Of a stretch of DNA of 64,000 nucleotides, positions 1 through 32,632 are shown in pieces (positions within the stretch are counted from its first letter, which is position 1; the number at the start of each line of letters is the position of its first letter). The position numbers and the translations under genes are program-made. The stretch covers positions 10,108,681-10,172,680 of the forward strand of contig CM119265.1 of NCBI GenBank assembly GCA_051294375.1. The letters are read 5' to 3'. Below the pieces are notes generated by a model that saw nothing but the letters and a program-made list of their open reading frames with translations, was not told the DNA's origin and ran no database searches. Source of the stretch: Paraspadella gotoi. Lineage: Eukaryota; Animalia; Chaetognatha.

Positions 1-21
1 TATCCCTTACCCTTGACTCAC

Positions 22-18489
<18,468 letters not shown>

Positions 18490-20133
18490 CTTCTCTTGTC
18501 TGGCTGGAAAATAAAACGGAAGTCGGTTAATTTTGATTATAGTAGAATAGTAATTCAAAACGTTTTTATTAAGAGGTTATAGAGATTTTTAATAATAAAA
18601 ACGGTTTAAAATGAAGTTCCGATAGTTTGTGATATTTGTGGTTTACTGTTGATACATCAAGTTCCTTACTTGCTGTCCTTGAAGATTTAGTCACAGTCAC
18701 AAGGCTTTCACGATTTCAAAACCTGTTCTCCATCTCTCTCTGTCTCTCTCTCTCTCTGTCTCTCTCTCTCTTTCTCACTCTCTCTCGCTGTTTCCGCATC
18801 TTTTTCCTCCCGACGAGCGAAACCGAATTAGCAAAGACAAGATTTGTTTTCCTTCAAATTCATTATTCTTTTTCTTTTTACAGCTATTTCCAGCTCAAAG
18901 TAAAAGTATAATTAAACAATACATCTATACAATTTGAAGAATGTTAGGCGCTATTCACACCTGTGATCTTAATCTCAGTGCATGCGATGACTCTAAAAAA
19001 ATTTAGAAATTACTCTCCCCTGACCTAGTATATTAATTGTTCAATTGCAAGAATGTATTTTTAAAGCATTTTAACAAAGAAATAGTAGTGAAGTCCCAAG
19101 CCATCCTCAAACTTCTTTCGTCACCAGATGGAGAAAAGTTGTTTGTCTTTCCTCCCAACAAAATCAATTTTTCATTAAGAAAAATGTTTTTAGTTTCAAA
19201 GTGTGGTGTCGTCGTCGTCGTCGTCGTTGTCGTCGTTGTCGTCGTCAGGGTCATCGACATCGTCATTAACGTAATACTAAAGAAATGGTTTCTCCGCATT
19301 GTTCCTTGCATCAAATAAAGTAAAATTTGTGAGGAAGCGGACCTGACAGTTCGAAAATCAAAGCGAGTGTTGCGGAAAAAATTAAATTAGCTTCTTGCAG
19401 ATCAAAGGCTATACATATATAGAGCTATATATATATTATAGAACTTCACTTGGAAATCTTACTCAAATTTTTATGGTACAAGATAATATTTTAAAAATCT
19501 TTTTAGCTTATTGATAATTTATTATTTTATCCTTCTGTTAATATAATATTTATATTTTGTTCATTGTAAATCTATGTAATTTTTGTGTGTATCTGTTACT
19601 CTGTTTGCCCTTTTCTGTATGTATGTATATATATATATGTATATATACATGTTTTAACTAATTGTTATAAACGATTAAAACAGATAAACAATATTTGTGC
19701 CCTAAATATTTTTATTTTTCTTTCATTAGATACAAATGACAATTAGATTATGCACCTAACGGTTCGATGGGAACTCTCACTTCGTTGCCGCCTCAGAAAT
19801 TCTCCTCAATAATAAAGACTGACAACGACAACAATGACAACGAAATTAATAACAACGACAACTAGAATGAAAACCGAGATAGGTGCAAGTTGCCACCGAA
19901 ACGACCGAGTGGACGATGACAACGACGATGACGACGACGACGACGACAACCACAAAAAGCTCATAAAGCCTCCAGGTGCAATTGGGATTTAACACCTGGG
20001 CGGTGACATAATGGGGACGAAGATGACGACGAAGACGAGAGCGACGACGACGATAATGACGACGACATCGACGATAGAGACGATCTGTCTGGATACAATA
20101 ATTTCGACAGAGATAAGGATTGACGTGGATGGC

Positions 20134-20165
<32 letters not shown>

Positions 20166-21139
20166 TGACCAATTTAGAGATTAGATACGAAAAGGAGGGA
20201 GTAAGATGAACAACAACAACAACAATGGGAATCGCCAATTCTAAATTGATTAATTATACTATCTAGGAAAAAAGTATATCACATAATTCATTTATTCAAT
20301 AAAAAGTATACAAAACATGGGTAAAACATTCTCAATATTTAGTATAGTCTTCCTCGGCATTAACTACTGCTTGCATTTGTTTGGGTATGCTCTTATACAG
20401 CAAATTAAGGTATGACAGTGAAATGTTTTTCGACATCTTTAATGCATTTCTTTTCAGCCCCGATGTTAATATTACGCATCTTTCCCTCTTTTTTGAAAGC
20501 TATAATAATACTTTTTTGAACCCGAAAAAGTTGCAAGGCCTTTAGCATTGCCAAATTAAAAAAATATTAAAAAAATAACTAACTCTATTTAAAATAAAAA
20601 CAAATAAAATGGTGGAAAACTAAATACGATTTTTTTACTATTTTTCATTTGAAGTAACAATATTTTTTTTGCCTGTAACTTCTAAACAATTTGACCTACA
20701 GAAAAAAGAAGGAAGCTACTAAAAAAAAATTCAATGTAGATTTGGAAACATTCTGATTTTTTTAAATATAATAATTTTAGAGTAGATATCTTTTATTAAA
20801 AATGTCATATACTCTTTTCCTAGATAGAAATGAATAAGATTTAAAGAGGACGACGACGACGAAGACGACGACGACGAAGACGACGACGAAGGGGACGATG
20901 ACGATAATGTAGACGACGACAATGCGGATGCACACAAAACTACAACAACAACGACAACGATGCGGACGTTCCAAAGCCGCCCGCGCCGTTAACGAAGACG
21001 ATAACGAAGACGATAACGAAGACGATAACGAAGACGATAACGACGACGACGAAGACGACGACGACGACGACGACGAACCCCGGTCGCGTCGAACGCGAGA
21101 ATCTCAGACGCGAAAAAGAATACGATTTCAAGGGCGAAA

Positions 21140-21177
<38 letters not shown>

Positions 21178-22749
21178 CACGACCACGACCACGACTACTA
21201 CGACGACCGACGGCGCGATTCTCTCACTTCGCGTCGGCATCGAGAAAAATGGAAAAAAAGCGCCAAAAAAACCGAAATTGAATTATTAAATGACGGATTT
21301 ACCTTTTTTTTTAAATCTTCGTTATATACGTGTACAATTTGTACAATGTACATAAACAACCGAACATAGATGGATTTTTTTTTAGATTTTAGTTTCGTCG
21401 TCGCCGGTTTTAAACGACTCCAGCGCCGTGGCGGCCAGAAAGAAACCATTTCGTTTTTTGGTTTTTTTTTTAGAAAAAATAAAAGGATTGTATTGGATTT
21501 CCCAGGATTGCCCAGGATTGCCCAGGATTGTATTCTCGGTGTTACTACGAAATAGCTGAGTTTACGTCTTGTCAGATTTAGATTTAACATCTTCCTTCAT
21601 AGGCTAATCTAACCAAGATTTTTTCAATTTGTTTTTAATAATGTTTCAATCAATTTCTTTTGTTTTTGTTTTTTCATTTGTTTTGCCAAGTCTCCCTCTT
21701 TCCTTTTAATTTTTTCTCTTGGATATATAAATGTTCTCTCAAGTTGTTCTTTAGATTGCCCGAGTGCTTTCGTGTTCCTGGTTCCGTTTGCGATTTGGAA
21801 CCGGGCGTTGGAAACGAAATATATTAAAGCGTGTGAATTTAGATGTACTGAACTGAACGTGGAACTTGAAAACGATTCCTACGACGACGACGACGACCGA
21901 CGGACGTCCTCCGGACGAATCACATCCATTAAAATTCGGGCGCTGAGTGGCTTTCCAGAAAGCAATCCGTTGACAGCTGATCGACCGAAACTGGCAAATT
22001 CGGAAATAAATGAAATGGAAAACCGAAAGTGGAACCAAAAAAATGACCTTAATAATGGAACCGAAACTCGAGAACAGACAGGGGAAGAGTGATAATCGCT
22101 TGGCATGTGGTTATTGATATTTTATATCATTATTATTTAACTTTTATTGTTTAGATGCTGAACTTTATTTAATTCTTGGAATTCACTAAAACGGGATTGC
22201 AGAGATTCCTCGGGATGGTTGACTGAAGCAAAAATTGAAAAGTGAATCGGGATCTTTTTGATTAAGTTTCAACTAATGTTGGCAAGATCTAAAAATAAGT
22301 TCTTAACTAATTATTTGAGAGCAGCAACTGAATTTGTTTTAGAACGATTTTACTTTCTTTCTTTCAATTGAAAAATCTCATGGCACTCCATTACCACTGC
22401 ATCTGACCAATTTGATGAGATGATGATATCACATCATCATCCATCGTCATCATCCATCCATAATCATTATACCTCGGATGTGTGATTCGCGCGTCATTCA
22501 GAAAGTGCTATTGAGATGGCGCTAAAAGTGATTTCTCAGCGGGCCTGCATTCACAGTCTGATCTCAATCGATTCACAGGCGCCTTTTGTCGACACTTGTG
22601 ATGCATTTTCGATGAATAAAATTGAGTAAAGAAACATCTTTGTTCGAGAAAGAACGACGCTTAAAACTACCAACAAACCACGTAACACGCGCGATAATTC
22701 ATTATTTAAAAATTGTTCCATTCTCATGATCATTCCAATAATTTAAGAA

Positions 22750-23010
22750 TCTTTAAGACTTTGAACATTTTTTTTTTATTACCATAAACCTTGAATAAAT
22801 ATTAAATAAAACTTAAAAAACGCGCGAAAAGTTACACATACTCATATTTTTGCTCAAAATTTAAAACTTTTACTAGGGTAAGCCGCACTTCAATGGGGCT
22901 GTAAGTAACAGTTTAACTAAAAAATCTATTTCCATACCACTTGTCAATCTTTATACTAAAACTATCGTAAGACTTAACAAGCACCTCTCTCACTCAAGAA
23001 ATTCTTTCTC

Positions 23011-23088
<78 letters not shown>

Positions 23089-23238
23089 TTTAAAGAAAGT
23101 GGAAACTTCACTACCTCAAGTGAAACGTTTCAACATTGAGTGATTTCTAGTCTTCTTTTGTTTGGCTTCCTCTCGTCTCTCTCTCTCCTCCTCTCTCTCT
23201 CTCTCTCTCCTCTTCTCTCTCTCCTCTCTCTCCTCTCT

Positions 23239-23276
<38 letters not shown>

Positions 23277-24557
23277 AACAATTCTCTTCGTTGGTTTATG
23301 TCTTTCGTCGCTCAATTTTTTTTTCTTTACGTTTTCATTTCTTTTTCGTCGTATCCGAATATTTTGTTTATTTTTTTCTCTTTTTCAATAATTAATATCT
23401 TCATTGGTTGGTGTATTTGTTTGTGTTTCGTCTTTACCTGCCAGCATAAAAAAAATATAACATTATTATATTTAACCAGCACAATATTTGGAATACTTAT
23501 GTTTTCCTCAAAGGCACAAAAAAAACTTTAATGAGAAAAAATTATTCCGTTTTAAAAATAGCGCCTTTTAAATAGAATAAGCAATATTATTTTCTACAAT
23601 TCTACAACAATGAATCACATATATATGTCAGAATGACAACTACATTGTTCATTTGTCTTTTCTCTCGTCTTTGAAGAAGACTCCTTTATCTTTCCTCATC
23701 ATTTGTTTCTTCTTTTCTCCGCCTTCGTCGTCATCATCGTCATCGTCGTCGTCATCGTCATCGTCGTCGACTTCGTCGTTCTTATTCTTTATTTTCTCAT
23801 ATTTTTCGTCCCTTTTTTTCGTCGTTGTTGTCGTCGTAGGCGCCCTGTCCGCCCAGACGTCTCGAATATGATTTACGGTGGTTTTTTTTTAGATAGATCG
23901 TCGTGTTCTTTTGTTTTTATTATCGTTTCTGGAAATCGTCAGAGGCCGCTTCTGGTGAGTCGATAGGCCTTCGTGTTATTTTCTCCCCTTTTATGTCGTT
24001 TTATGTGATGTATTTTGAGTTTTTAGATAAACAAGTTAAAATTATTGTTTTGTTCCTCAGAACCAGTTTTTCACTACACGTTTTACAAATATCATATCGT
24101 ACATATTGCTTATCAAAATAATTCGGCACTAACGTAAGAGTAATTAAATCGTTAACTAAGGAAAAACAATTAAGAATTATTGGCTCTGTTAATTTTTTAG
24201 ACGAAATCTTTTTTTTAAAAATCTTTCTGGTTGAGACGTTTAAGTTTTGGCCGAAAACCGTCGGCGGCGTTTTTGTCGTAAAACCAAAACAGGGAGGTAA
24301 AAAACAGAGTAGCAATCCTCGATTTTACTTTCTTTCCATTTTTTTATGAGGTAAACTTTCGAAAAAAAATGTTTTCTCTCTGCTTAAATTATGGTTATTA
24401 AACTTGTTTTTAACTAAGGATTGAACGAAGTAAGTAACTTACTTTCCAATACGTAACAAACGTAATTTAAAGATAATCGATAGATTATATATAGATCAAT
24501 AGCTATTAATGGAGAATAGATAGAGAGAGAGAGAGATGAGAGAGGAGAGAGAAGAGA

Positions 24558-24600
<43 letters not shown>
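22750..24600. repeat. ~1.85-kb segment duplicated in inverted orientation at ~36890-38757
   Basis: For example AGCTATTAATGGAGAA (24501) versus TTCTCTCCATTAATTAGCT (36975); colinear throughout, differing mostly by small indels. Confidence 0.9.
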
Positions 24601-24605
<5 letters not shown>

Positions 24606-24744
24606 ATGAATGCATTGAATGTATGAAACAGATACGGCCTTTGGGCACGCCTTAATGCGGCCTATACAGGCCGTTTTTAAATAAAGGTACAGTGTAAATT
24701 ACCGATTGTTTAAAATACAGAGATGAGAGAGAGGAGAGAGCGAG

Positions 24745-24778
<34 letters not shown>

Positions 24779-25088
24779 TTTAGAACCACACTCGACTCTA
24801 CATAATCTACATTTACAATCAGTAAATCTGTGCCTGAACAACAATCACAAAATCCGTTGGGCAATTTTTGTAGCCGACGTCAGAGGGCGTCGCTGTCGTC
24901 GTCGTCTAAATCCTCTTACGAGTGACGTCTTTTTCTTCTTTTTGTGTCGCGAAACGGAAGACTCGACAAAAGAGCAGCCAATCTTTTCTTGTCACATCGA
25001 GTTTTAATTTTTTTTTTCAAGGATAGAATTACGTTTGGCTTTTGTTTCTTTAATAATTGTTTTTGTTGTGGCAATCTGCGAATTGTGC

Positions 25089-25375
25089 CATCTGTGACAA
25101 TCTGAGTTATCTGTGACATTCATCTGTGACAATCTGAGTTATCTGTGACATTCATCTGTGACAATCTGAGTTATCTGTAACATTCATCTGTGACAATCTG
25201 AGTTATCTGTGACATTCATCTGTGACAATCTGAGTTATCTGTGACATTCATCTGTGACAATCTGTGTGATCTGTGACATTCATCTGTGACAATCTGTATT
25301 ATCTGTGACATTCATCTGTGACAATCTGCGTTATCTGTGACATTCATCTGTGACAATCTGCGTTATCTGTGACAA
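25089..25375. repeat. 32-bp minisatellite, about 9 units
   Basis: CATCTGTGACAATCTGAGTTATCTGTGACATT in tandem, built from ~10-bp ATCTG sub-repeats. Confidence 0.93.
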
Positions 25376-25979
25376 TTAACTTCGTTCAATCATCGCGAAA
25401 CACTTTTTTTTTCGTCTGTCAGTTTGGTTTTTTGACCTGAATTTTCTACCCGCATTTTTTTTTCCTCTTTTAACGATTTTTTGGGCAGCGAGATTCTTCG
25501 ACGACAGAAGCTATTCACCGATGGTCCCGGGTTCGAGGCGGGTTCGTATTCTTTTTCACATGGATTTTCACAATCACTCTGATACTTGCATCATCACCTT
25601 AGTTGGAATTGAGATAGTTATTAGCTAACAAATTTTCATTCCCCGTTTTATTGATTTGCAACAAATGGCATACATTTAAACACAAAAGTTGTAGAGTTAC
25701 GATTTAACAAGTTATAAATAAAAAGTTAACAATACCGTATATTAACCAATAGCTCTTCTATTTTCCCTCATATCGGATTAAACGTCTATTCAACTTTACC
25801 CTAAAATAGTGTTACTCATTATTAATCATTGTTATAATTATTGTTGCGATAAAGGCTCAAAGGGAAAATTGATGTTTTTTTGTTCCTTCAATTATTTTAT
25901 TACTTTTTAAATCAGCGTGTCTCGTTCCTTGTTTTTGTTCAGCGCCTTCGGGTTTCTGAACGTGAATTTCAGGAACGAG

Positions 25980-26026
<47 letters not shown>

Positions 26027-26606
26027 CACAGAATTTGTGAAACGTCTCGTACAAATAACACAGATAGTGTAGTAAAACTATTACGAGTGAGTAGTAAGGC
26101 GTAGTAAAATTTCTAAATTTAACTTTNNNNNNNNNNNNNNNNNNNNNNNNNNNNNNNNNNNNNNNNNNNNNNNNNNNNNNNNNNNNNNNNNNNNNNNNNN
26201 NNNNNNNNNNNNNNNNNNNNNNNNNNNNNNNNNNNNNNNNNNNNNNNNNNNNNNNNNNNNNNNNNNNNNNNNNNNNNNNNNNNNNNNNNNNNNNNNNNNN
26301 NNNNNNNNNNNNNNNNNNNNNNNNNNNNNNNNNNNNNNNNNNNNNNNNNNNNNNNNNNNNNNNNNNNNNNNNAGAATTTTCGTATGTAACTTTCACTACG
26401 CCTTAGTGAGTAGTATATATCTCAATGTTCTCGATATTCGATATTCAATTTTTATTTTTATATCATGATGTTTTTTATTAACGGATACAGGAGTTTCATA
26501 ATCGCTATTTTGTAACTTACCGTCGAATTTTAATGTCGCCTTAAGGAGTGTTAATACATTCCAGGTGCAATAAAACTTACTCAAATCAAATCTCTCTCTC
26601 TCTCTG

Positions 26607-26641
<35 letters not shown>

Positions 26642-27494
26642 CGTCGGCTTTTCAGAATTCCTTTGGCTTATTGGATTACGGTTCCCACAGGGAAAAAAAA
26701 ATAATTTCGGTATGAATGTTTTTTATTCGTGACTCTTTCACGTTCGTGAAATATTTTCGGTGAATTTTTCAAAATGTCTGACTTTTGAAAACTCGGCGGA
26801 AGTGATAAGTTTAAAAAAAGAATAAATAGCAAAAAAAATGGGGATAAGTAGCTCATGGAGATTTTATCACCGGTAAAACAAAACTTTGTTTTCTCCATCT
26901 TAGTTCGTTTTAACATTTAACGTTTAAATTCTTTTTTTTTTTCGATCTTTAGCCAAAACAAATGTCGTCGCGTGCGTCATTAAACATTAAATATTAATAA
27001 ACTTTATGTTTATTTAGCATCGAATCAAGGCAGCGGCCAAAGTTTCCCGGCTTTCCGCGTCACATTCGCCTCATCATTTCGACCTTTACGCCATCTTTTT
27101 TTCTTTTTTTCTCTCTTTTTTTTCTTTCTTTTTTTTTCTTTCTTTTTTTTCTTTTCCTTTTTTTTTTCGCGCCACTGTTTTTTGGACGACTGTCAAAAAA
27201 TGTCCGAATCTGTCAGATTTTGTCAAACTCTATCCAACCGACGCCAACTTCATTAAGAGAAAATTTATTTTTTTATTTGTTTGTCAAGGGGAGATAAGCG
27301 ATTCCAATGGGGAAAAAATGTATTCCCCCCAGGGAGAAAAAAAAAGAGAATCCCCAGGGGGGGGGGGAAATAGTCCGCGGAGGTTGGAGTAAAAATCGAT
27401 AAATAATTTCGCGGAGAAGCGAACCAACAAGCGAGAGGTTGTCAATAATGACCGAGCGTCGAAACAAATCTATTATGGCAACAGCCGGGTTGCC

Positions 27495-27728
27495 TGTGAT
27501 GCCCATTGGGATGGGGCATCTCACTATTGGCTTTGGGGGCTTCCGACCCTCAGTGACGCCTCCAGTCACTGGCGCGGTTACCCTAGGACGGTCTCGCTTT
27601 GCCAACGCAGAGGGAAGTCGTTAGGACTGTGGATGGAACACTACACTTGGGATGGTGTGTTCCCCCTCTGAGCCAATGGATTTGGCTGAAGGATGGTGGA
27701 CGTGAGGCGGTGTGAATATACCGCCACA
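27495..27728 (+). repeat. 234-bp GC-rich multi-hairpin dispersed element with TGT...ACA ends (copy 1)
   Basis: Near-identical to 33923-34133; at least 7 stem-loops. Confidence 0.85.
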
Positions 27729-27857
27729 CTATCACATTTTTCTTCCGATTTTTTTTCACGTGAGAAGCAAAGGAAGTTGGCGTGGCGGATCCGGGGACTC
27801 CGAGAATACGAAAGCAATTCGGAACTTTATTTCTTTAATTTAATTTTGCGTCGATCC

Positions 27858-27954
27858 ATCTATCTAATCTAATCTAATCTATCTATCTATTCTAATCTAA
27901 TCTAATCTATCTTATCTATCTATCTATCTTATCTATCTATCTTATCTATCTATG

Positions 27955-27996
<42 letters not shown>

Positions 27997-28150
27997 ATCT
28001 ATGTATCTATCTATCTATCTATCTAATTATCTATCTATCTATCTATCTTATCTATCTATCTCATGCTATCTATTAGTTTTTTCTCTCTATCTATCTATCT
28101 TTCTATCTATCTATCTTATCTATCTATGTATCTATATATCTATCTATCTA

Positions 28151-28183
<33 letters not shown>

Positions 28184-28222
28184 ATCATATCTATCTATCT
28201 ATCGTATCTAGTTTTTTTTCTG

Positions 28223-28258
<36 letters not shown>

Positions 28259-28321
28259 TTTTTTCGTCTTCAAAATTCGCACGATTTTCGCTGAATGCGT
28301 ATCTATCTATCTATCTAATCA

Positions 28322-28415
<94 letters not shown>

Positions 28416-28478
28416 TTATATATCTATCTATCTATTTTTTTCTTCTTCAAAATTCGCACGATTTTCGCTGAATGCGAA
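27858..28478. repeat. compound (TATC)n microsatellite with internal block duplications
   Basis: Long TATC arrays; the unique block TCTTCAAAATTCGCACGATTTTCGCTGAATGCG occurs twice. Confidence 0.95.
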
Positions 28479-30629
28479 TCGCATTTTGTATCTTTTCTTA
28501 TCGAAGAGTTTTTTTCTTATTTCTTTTTTACTCATTTTTTTTTTCAAGGTTTTTTCTCAAAGATTTTGACTTCTTTTTCGCCTTTTAACCAAATTTGCAT
28601 ACGAAATGAGGCTAAATTGATTTCGTCGTTTTTTTTCCGATTTTTTTAACTTCGAATGTCAATCAAATTTGATCACAGTTTAATAAATTTCTCTCCTTTT
28701 TCTCTCAATAATATTTTTCTTCTGTTTGTGAATTTTTTTTTTCGGACAACTTCCCTCTTTCGCCAACAAAAAATAAATTCAGCTTTCTCAAATTTCTCTC
28801 TTAAATCTAAAACTCTCTCTCTCTCTCTCTCTTTCTCATTCTCTCTCTCTCATGAGACTGGATTATTTTCCTTTCGCTACCAGTAATTGGAACATGTTGA
28901 GATGGGATTTTTTTTCTCTTTTTGAAACAACAATAAACATTATGATTAATTTTTACATAACTAACAAAACCTTAAGGTGCAAATTTTCTCATCAGTTTCT
29001 TTTAATTTAATCATTAACGCCCTAATGGAATAATGATTAGTAAGAAGCAAAAAAGATCCGAATAATACCAAAATGCATAAAAAACGTTTAGCCCACCTGC
29101 CGGAGAAGCAGATTTTGAATAATGCCATTGTTCGGCTTTTAGTCTGATGTCATTTTGAGAAAAAAAAATACAATGAAGGCAATTGTGTGATAATATTTGA
29201 TATTCGGAAAGAATTCAGGCGATAATATTATTTTTTTGAGATTGTAAAATATTCTTCTGTCAAAGTAAAATTTTATTTAACGAATCCTGTTTTTGTGAGT
29301 CTTTATATTTTTTCGGTATTGCCAATGTTATTTTTACATGTACAGAGAGTCAGGCTTTTGTTTAATCAAATATTTTTAAAAGTGGAAGACAAGATTAATG
29401 ATATAGATCTATTCCGTAACCTTTATTTCCTTTTTTTCAAAATGGTTTTCATGTCCTTTTTTAGCAAAAAATATCCAATTGCTTAACGGATATACACGTC
29501 AATCTAATTTTTCAAAAACATACAAACTAAATAAAGTCAATGTATACAAAGGCTTTTTTCATATCCTCGTTCGCTAGTGAATAATTGAGGGATCATTTTT
29601 CGCTCGAGTGAACTGGGAAATTCTACCACAAATTAGCGACCAGAACGTTTGCCTCGTGAATAATTGCAGGTTGGGCTTTCTTTAAAAAATATCTCTCTCT
29701 GTCACTCTCTTTGTGTCTTTGTCTCGTTCCCTATTTAACTATTTTCAACGATTTTTTACGTCTTATTACAGAAAAAGGTTTTTATTTGGTGATGAATTTT
29801 TTAAGATAAAAAAAAATCCTGATTTCGAAAAAAAAAATATCGTCGTAATTGAAAAATTTCATCAAAATGGAAAATTCTGTTATCGATCGAAAGAGAGAAT
29901 GTTTTTGTTTGAACGCAGCCTAAGTCTGGCTGATTTTTGGGTTTCGTAATTTGAAAAAGAAAAAAAATATTACATGTAGATTTTGGGGGGAGAATTAATA
30001 TCTTTTAAATAAAATGATTAATCTAATGGTTATATATCAAGCTATTTCATCTCGTAACTTTTCTTCCTCAGGATTTATAAAATCGAAGTTTTCAGCTCGA
30101 GAACGCCCCCCTTCCATCTGTAAACATCTGTAAACATTGAGTTGGCAAATGTCTCAAAGACTCGATCTTCAAACATCTGACGACTTCATTCTCAAAACTA
30201 AAACTCGAAACGAATCAATCGTCAAAAATTCAAACTCAACAATTCTTTTAATCTCCGATTATTGACGTCGAAAGGAAGATGAGCGTCGACGACGAAAGGG
30301 TATTCGGCCAATCAAATCTCGGCCTCGAGATGGGAGGTGAGAATTTCATCAATTGTGCACAATTGATAAAAATCTTTTACGTTTTGAATTAACGTTTGTC
30401 GTCTAAATATTAAATAATTAAAAATTGAAAACGAAAATGTAATTTTGTTTAAATATCTTGATTCAGAAACGCCAAAATAAGAGAGAAAAAAGTTCTACGA
30501 AAATATGAAAATGAGATTATAGGCACAAACTTGAGTTTTTTATTGAAAGAAAATATGAGTAGGAAGGAATAAGTTAGGATTAAAAGAGGATTCGGTGGGG
30601 AGATAATTCGCCGGGCGGGGTCGTTGTCG

Positions 30630-30660
<31 letters not shown>

Positions 30661-30796
30661 CGTCGTCGTTGTCTCATCGTCGATGTCATCATTCGCTGCT
30701 TTGGAAAAATTCAGGTTGGAGATTTACGTCATAGATTTGACATCCGAGCCAAAAGTTATTGGAGAGAGAGAGAGAGAGCGAGTGAGCGTGTGTGAG

Positions 30797-30846
<50 letters not shown>

Positions 30847-32471
30847 TGTGTTAAAATTTCAAAATTTAATTCTTAAAATTTTCTTGCCAAAAACTGTGTC
30901 TCTTTTTATGGGAATTGATGTGGCGTGACGTAAGCAAAATTTTATAATAGCGAAGGGAAATAAATTATACATCAACATTAATCTATCTAAAATAAGAAGG
31001 TAATCAAAAATTGGATATTGGACAATGAGTGAATGAATGATAGAAAGTGAAAGTGGAGTCAGTGTCGCTGTAAAACCGATGGGGCTGTAGTCGGGCATTG
31101 CAAAATCCATCAAATATTACTACTAATGTGCCCGACTACAGGACTAACTTTGTCGCAAAAATTGAATCGCAATATTTCGTCACTACCATATTTCTTAGGT
31201 CATTCAATCTTATATTTTCACTCTATTTAGATTTATTAAAAATAATGTTCATTTGTAAATCTATCGCGTCTTAATTAAATCGTTAAAACACGATATTTAT
31301 GCGAGATTATCTGACGGAAGTTGTACAAAGTGAACGATGGTGAACAATGAGTACCACAACGGAGACGACGACCAAAAAGACGACGATGCTCCCATCCTGA
31401 TGAAGATGCATTGATAGTTTACGAATAGATTTAAAACACAATGATAAACATAAAAGCCATCGTAGATAATAACGATAAAGACGATGATAATGATGATTAA
31501 GGACAGCAGCAACGACGACGACGACGACGACGACCCTGAAAAGATGAATGATTTCGGGGGCGAAAGGTTTTCCCGCCAACCTCGAGAGACGAAGACTCCA
31601 CCCAACGACGACGTGAAAGGTCATCATCTCTGACGTCACTTCGTCTTTGAAAGTCGACGTCGTTGAAGACATTTCTTCGTGACGTCACATTTCGTCTCGT
31701 CATCTTTCTCTAGATTGTATGAATTTTCATTTGCTACAATTTAGATTCTACAAACTATATGTAAAACTGTCATCAACTTGTAAAAGCTGTAAGCGACACA
31801 CAGCGCGTAAGGTATATCGGAAGATGGTCCCCTATCATTGGACCTTATGATTACTGATTTTATCTGTAAAAATCATTGACAGGGAAATAAAGTACTCTTT
31901 ATTTATAGTATCAGAAGGGGGTTAATTACATTCATTACATCATCCATCTTTTTTGTCATCCAATTGAGAGGGGCTTCGTCGTCGTCGTCATCGTTGTGTC
32001 CTTGACCCAGTTTTCTTCGCAATCTCCAACGTTTCAGCATCATCATGATCTTCGTACAATTTTTAAAACAAACATCATTAATCTTCTTCTTAATCGTCGT
32101 CGTCGTCGTCGTCGAACTTCAAAGAATCGCCCGCCCTTTTGCCCGCCTCGACGTCATCGATCTCTCACCGCCCCCCAACCGCCCCCCTCCTCCCCCTCGG
32201 CCCTCCCTGATTTCCCCTTCACAATTAAAAAAAAATATTGTTAACTGAGGTTGTGATGAATCTGGCGACCCAAAGACCGTGACTGATCGGCCAGGCCATC
32301 GTTGTTGTCTCGTCGTCGTCGCCATCATCATTGTTGGTCTCGTCGTCGTCATCGTCGTCGTCGTTGTCGTCATCATCTTCGGCGTCATGTTTTTTCTAGG
32401 TTTGTTTGCCGACAGTATCTATTTTCCAGTTCGCTTTCGTTTCAAACTTAAATGTATTATTTTTCAGCTTC

Positions 32472-32632
32472 CGACTCTATAATCCACTTTGTCGGTACGC
32501 TTCCTCAATTTTGTCGGACAACCACTTATATCATGTCAGACCATCGAATTATGATAAATTATGCTAAAAAATGATGACCGTCCGACCGTCTGTACGTCCG
32601 TACGTCCGTACGTCCGTCCGTCCGTCCGTATT
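32472..32632 (+). mobile_element. Helentron-associated (HINE/DINE-1-like) fragment
   Basis: CTCTATAATCCACTTTGTCGGT...(CCGT)n; homologous to 34183-34342. Confidence 0.6.

Noticed and set aside
20922-22092. Acidic/Arg-rich ORF (20922-21281) and 106-aa ORF (21772-22092)
   Set aside because: The first is (GAC)n and 12-bp repeats; the second has no recognisable homology or exon chain, so it is not called
25515-25550. GGTTCGAGGC B-box-like motif
   Set aside because: No A box or cloverleaf; at most a SINE remnant
27551-27590. HDV-like ribozyme core (GCC-TCC...GGC) and SRP-like start (GCCGGG..TGCCTGT)
   Set aside because: No matching P1/P2 partners or J4/2; no SRP S-domain motifs
30279-30336. ATG...GTGAGA candidate first exon (MSVDDERVFGQSNLGLEMG)
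   Set aside because: No downstream exon or homology could be linked; insufficient support
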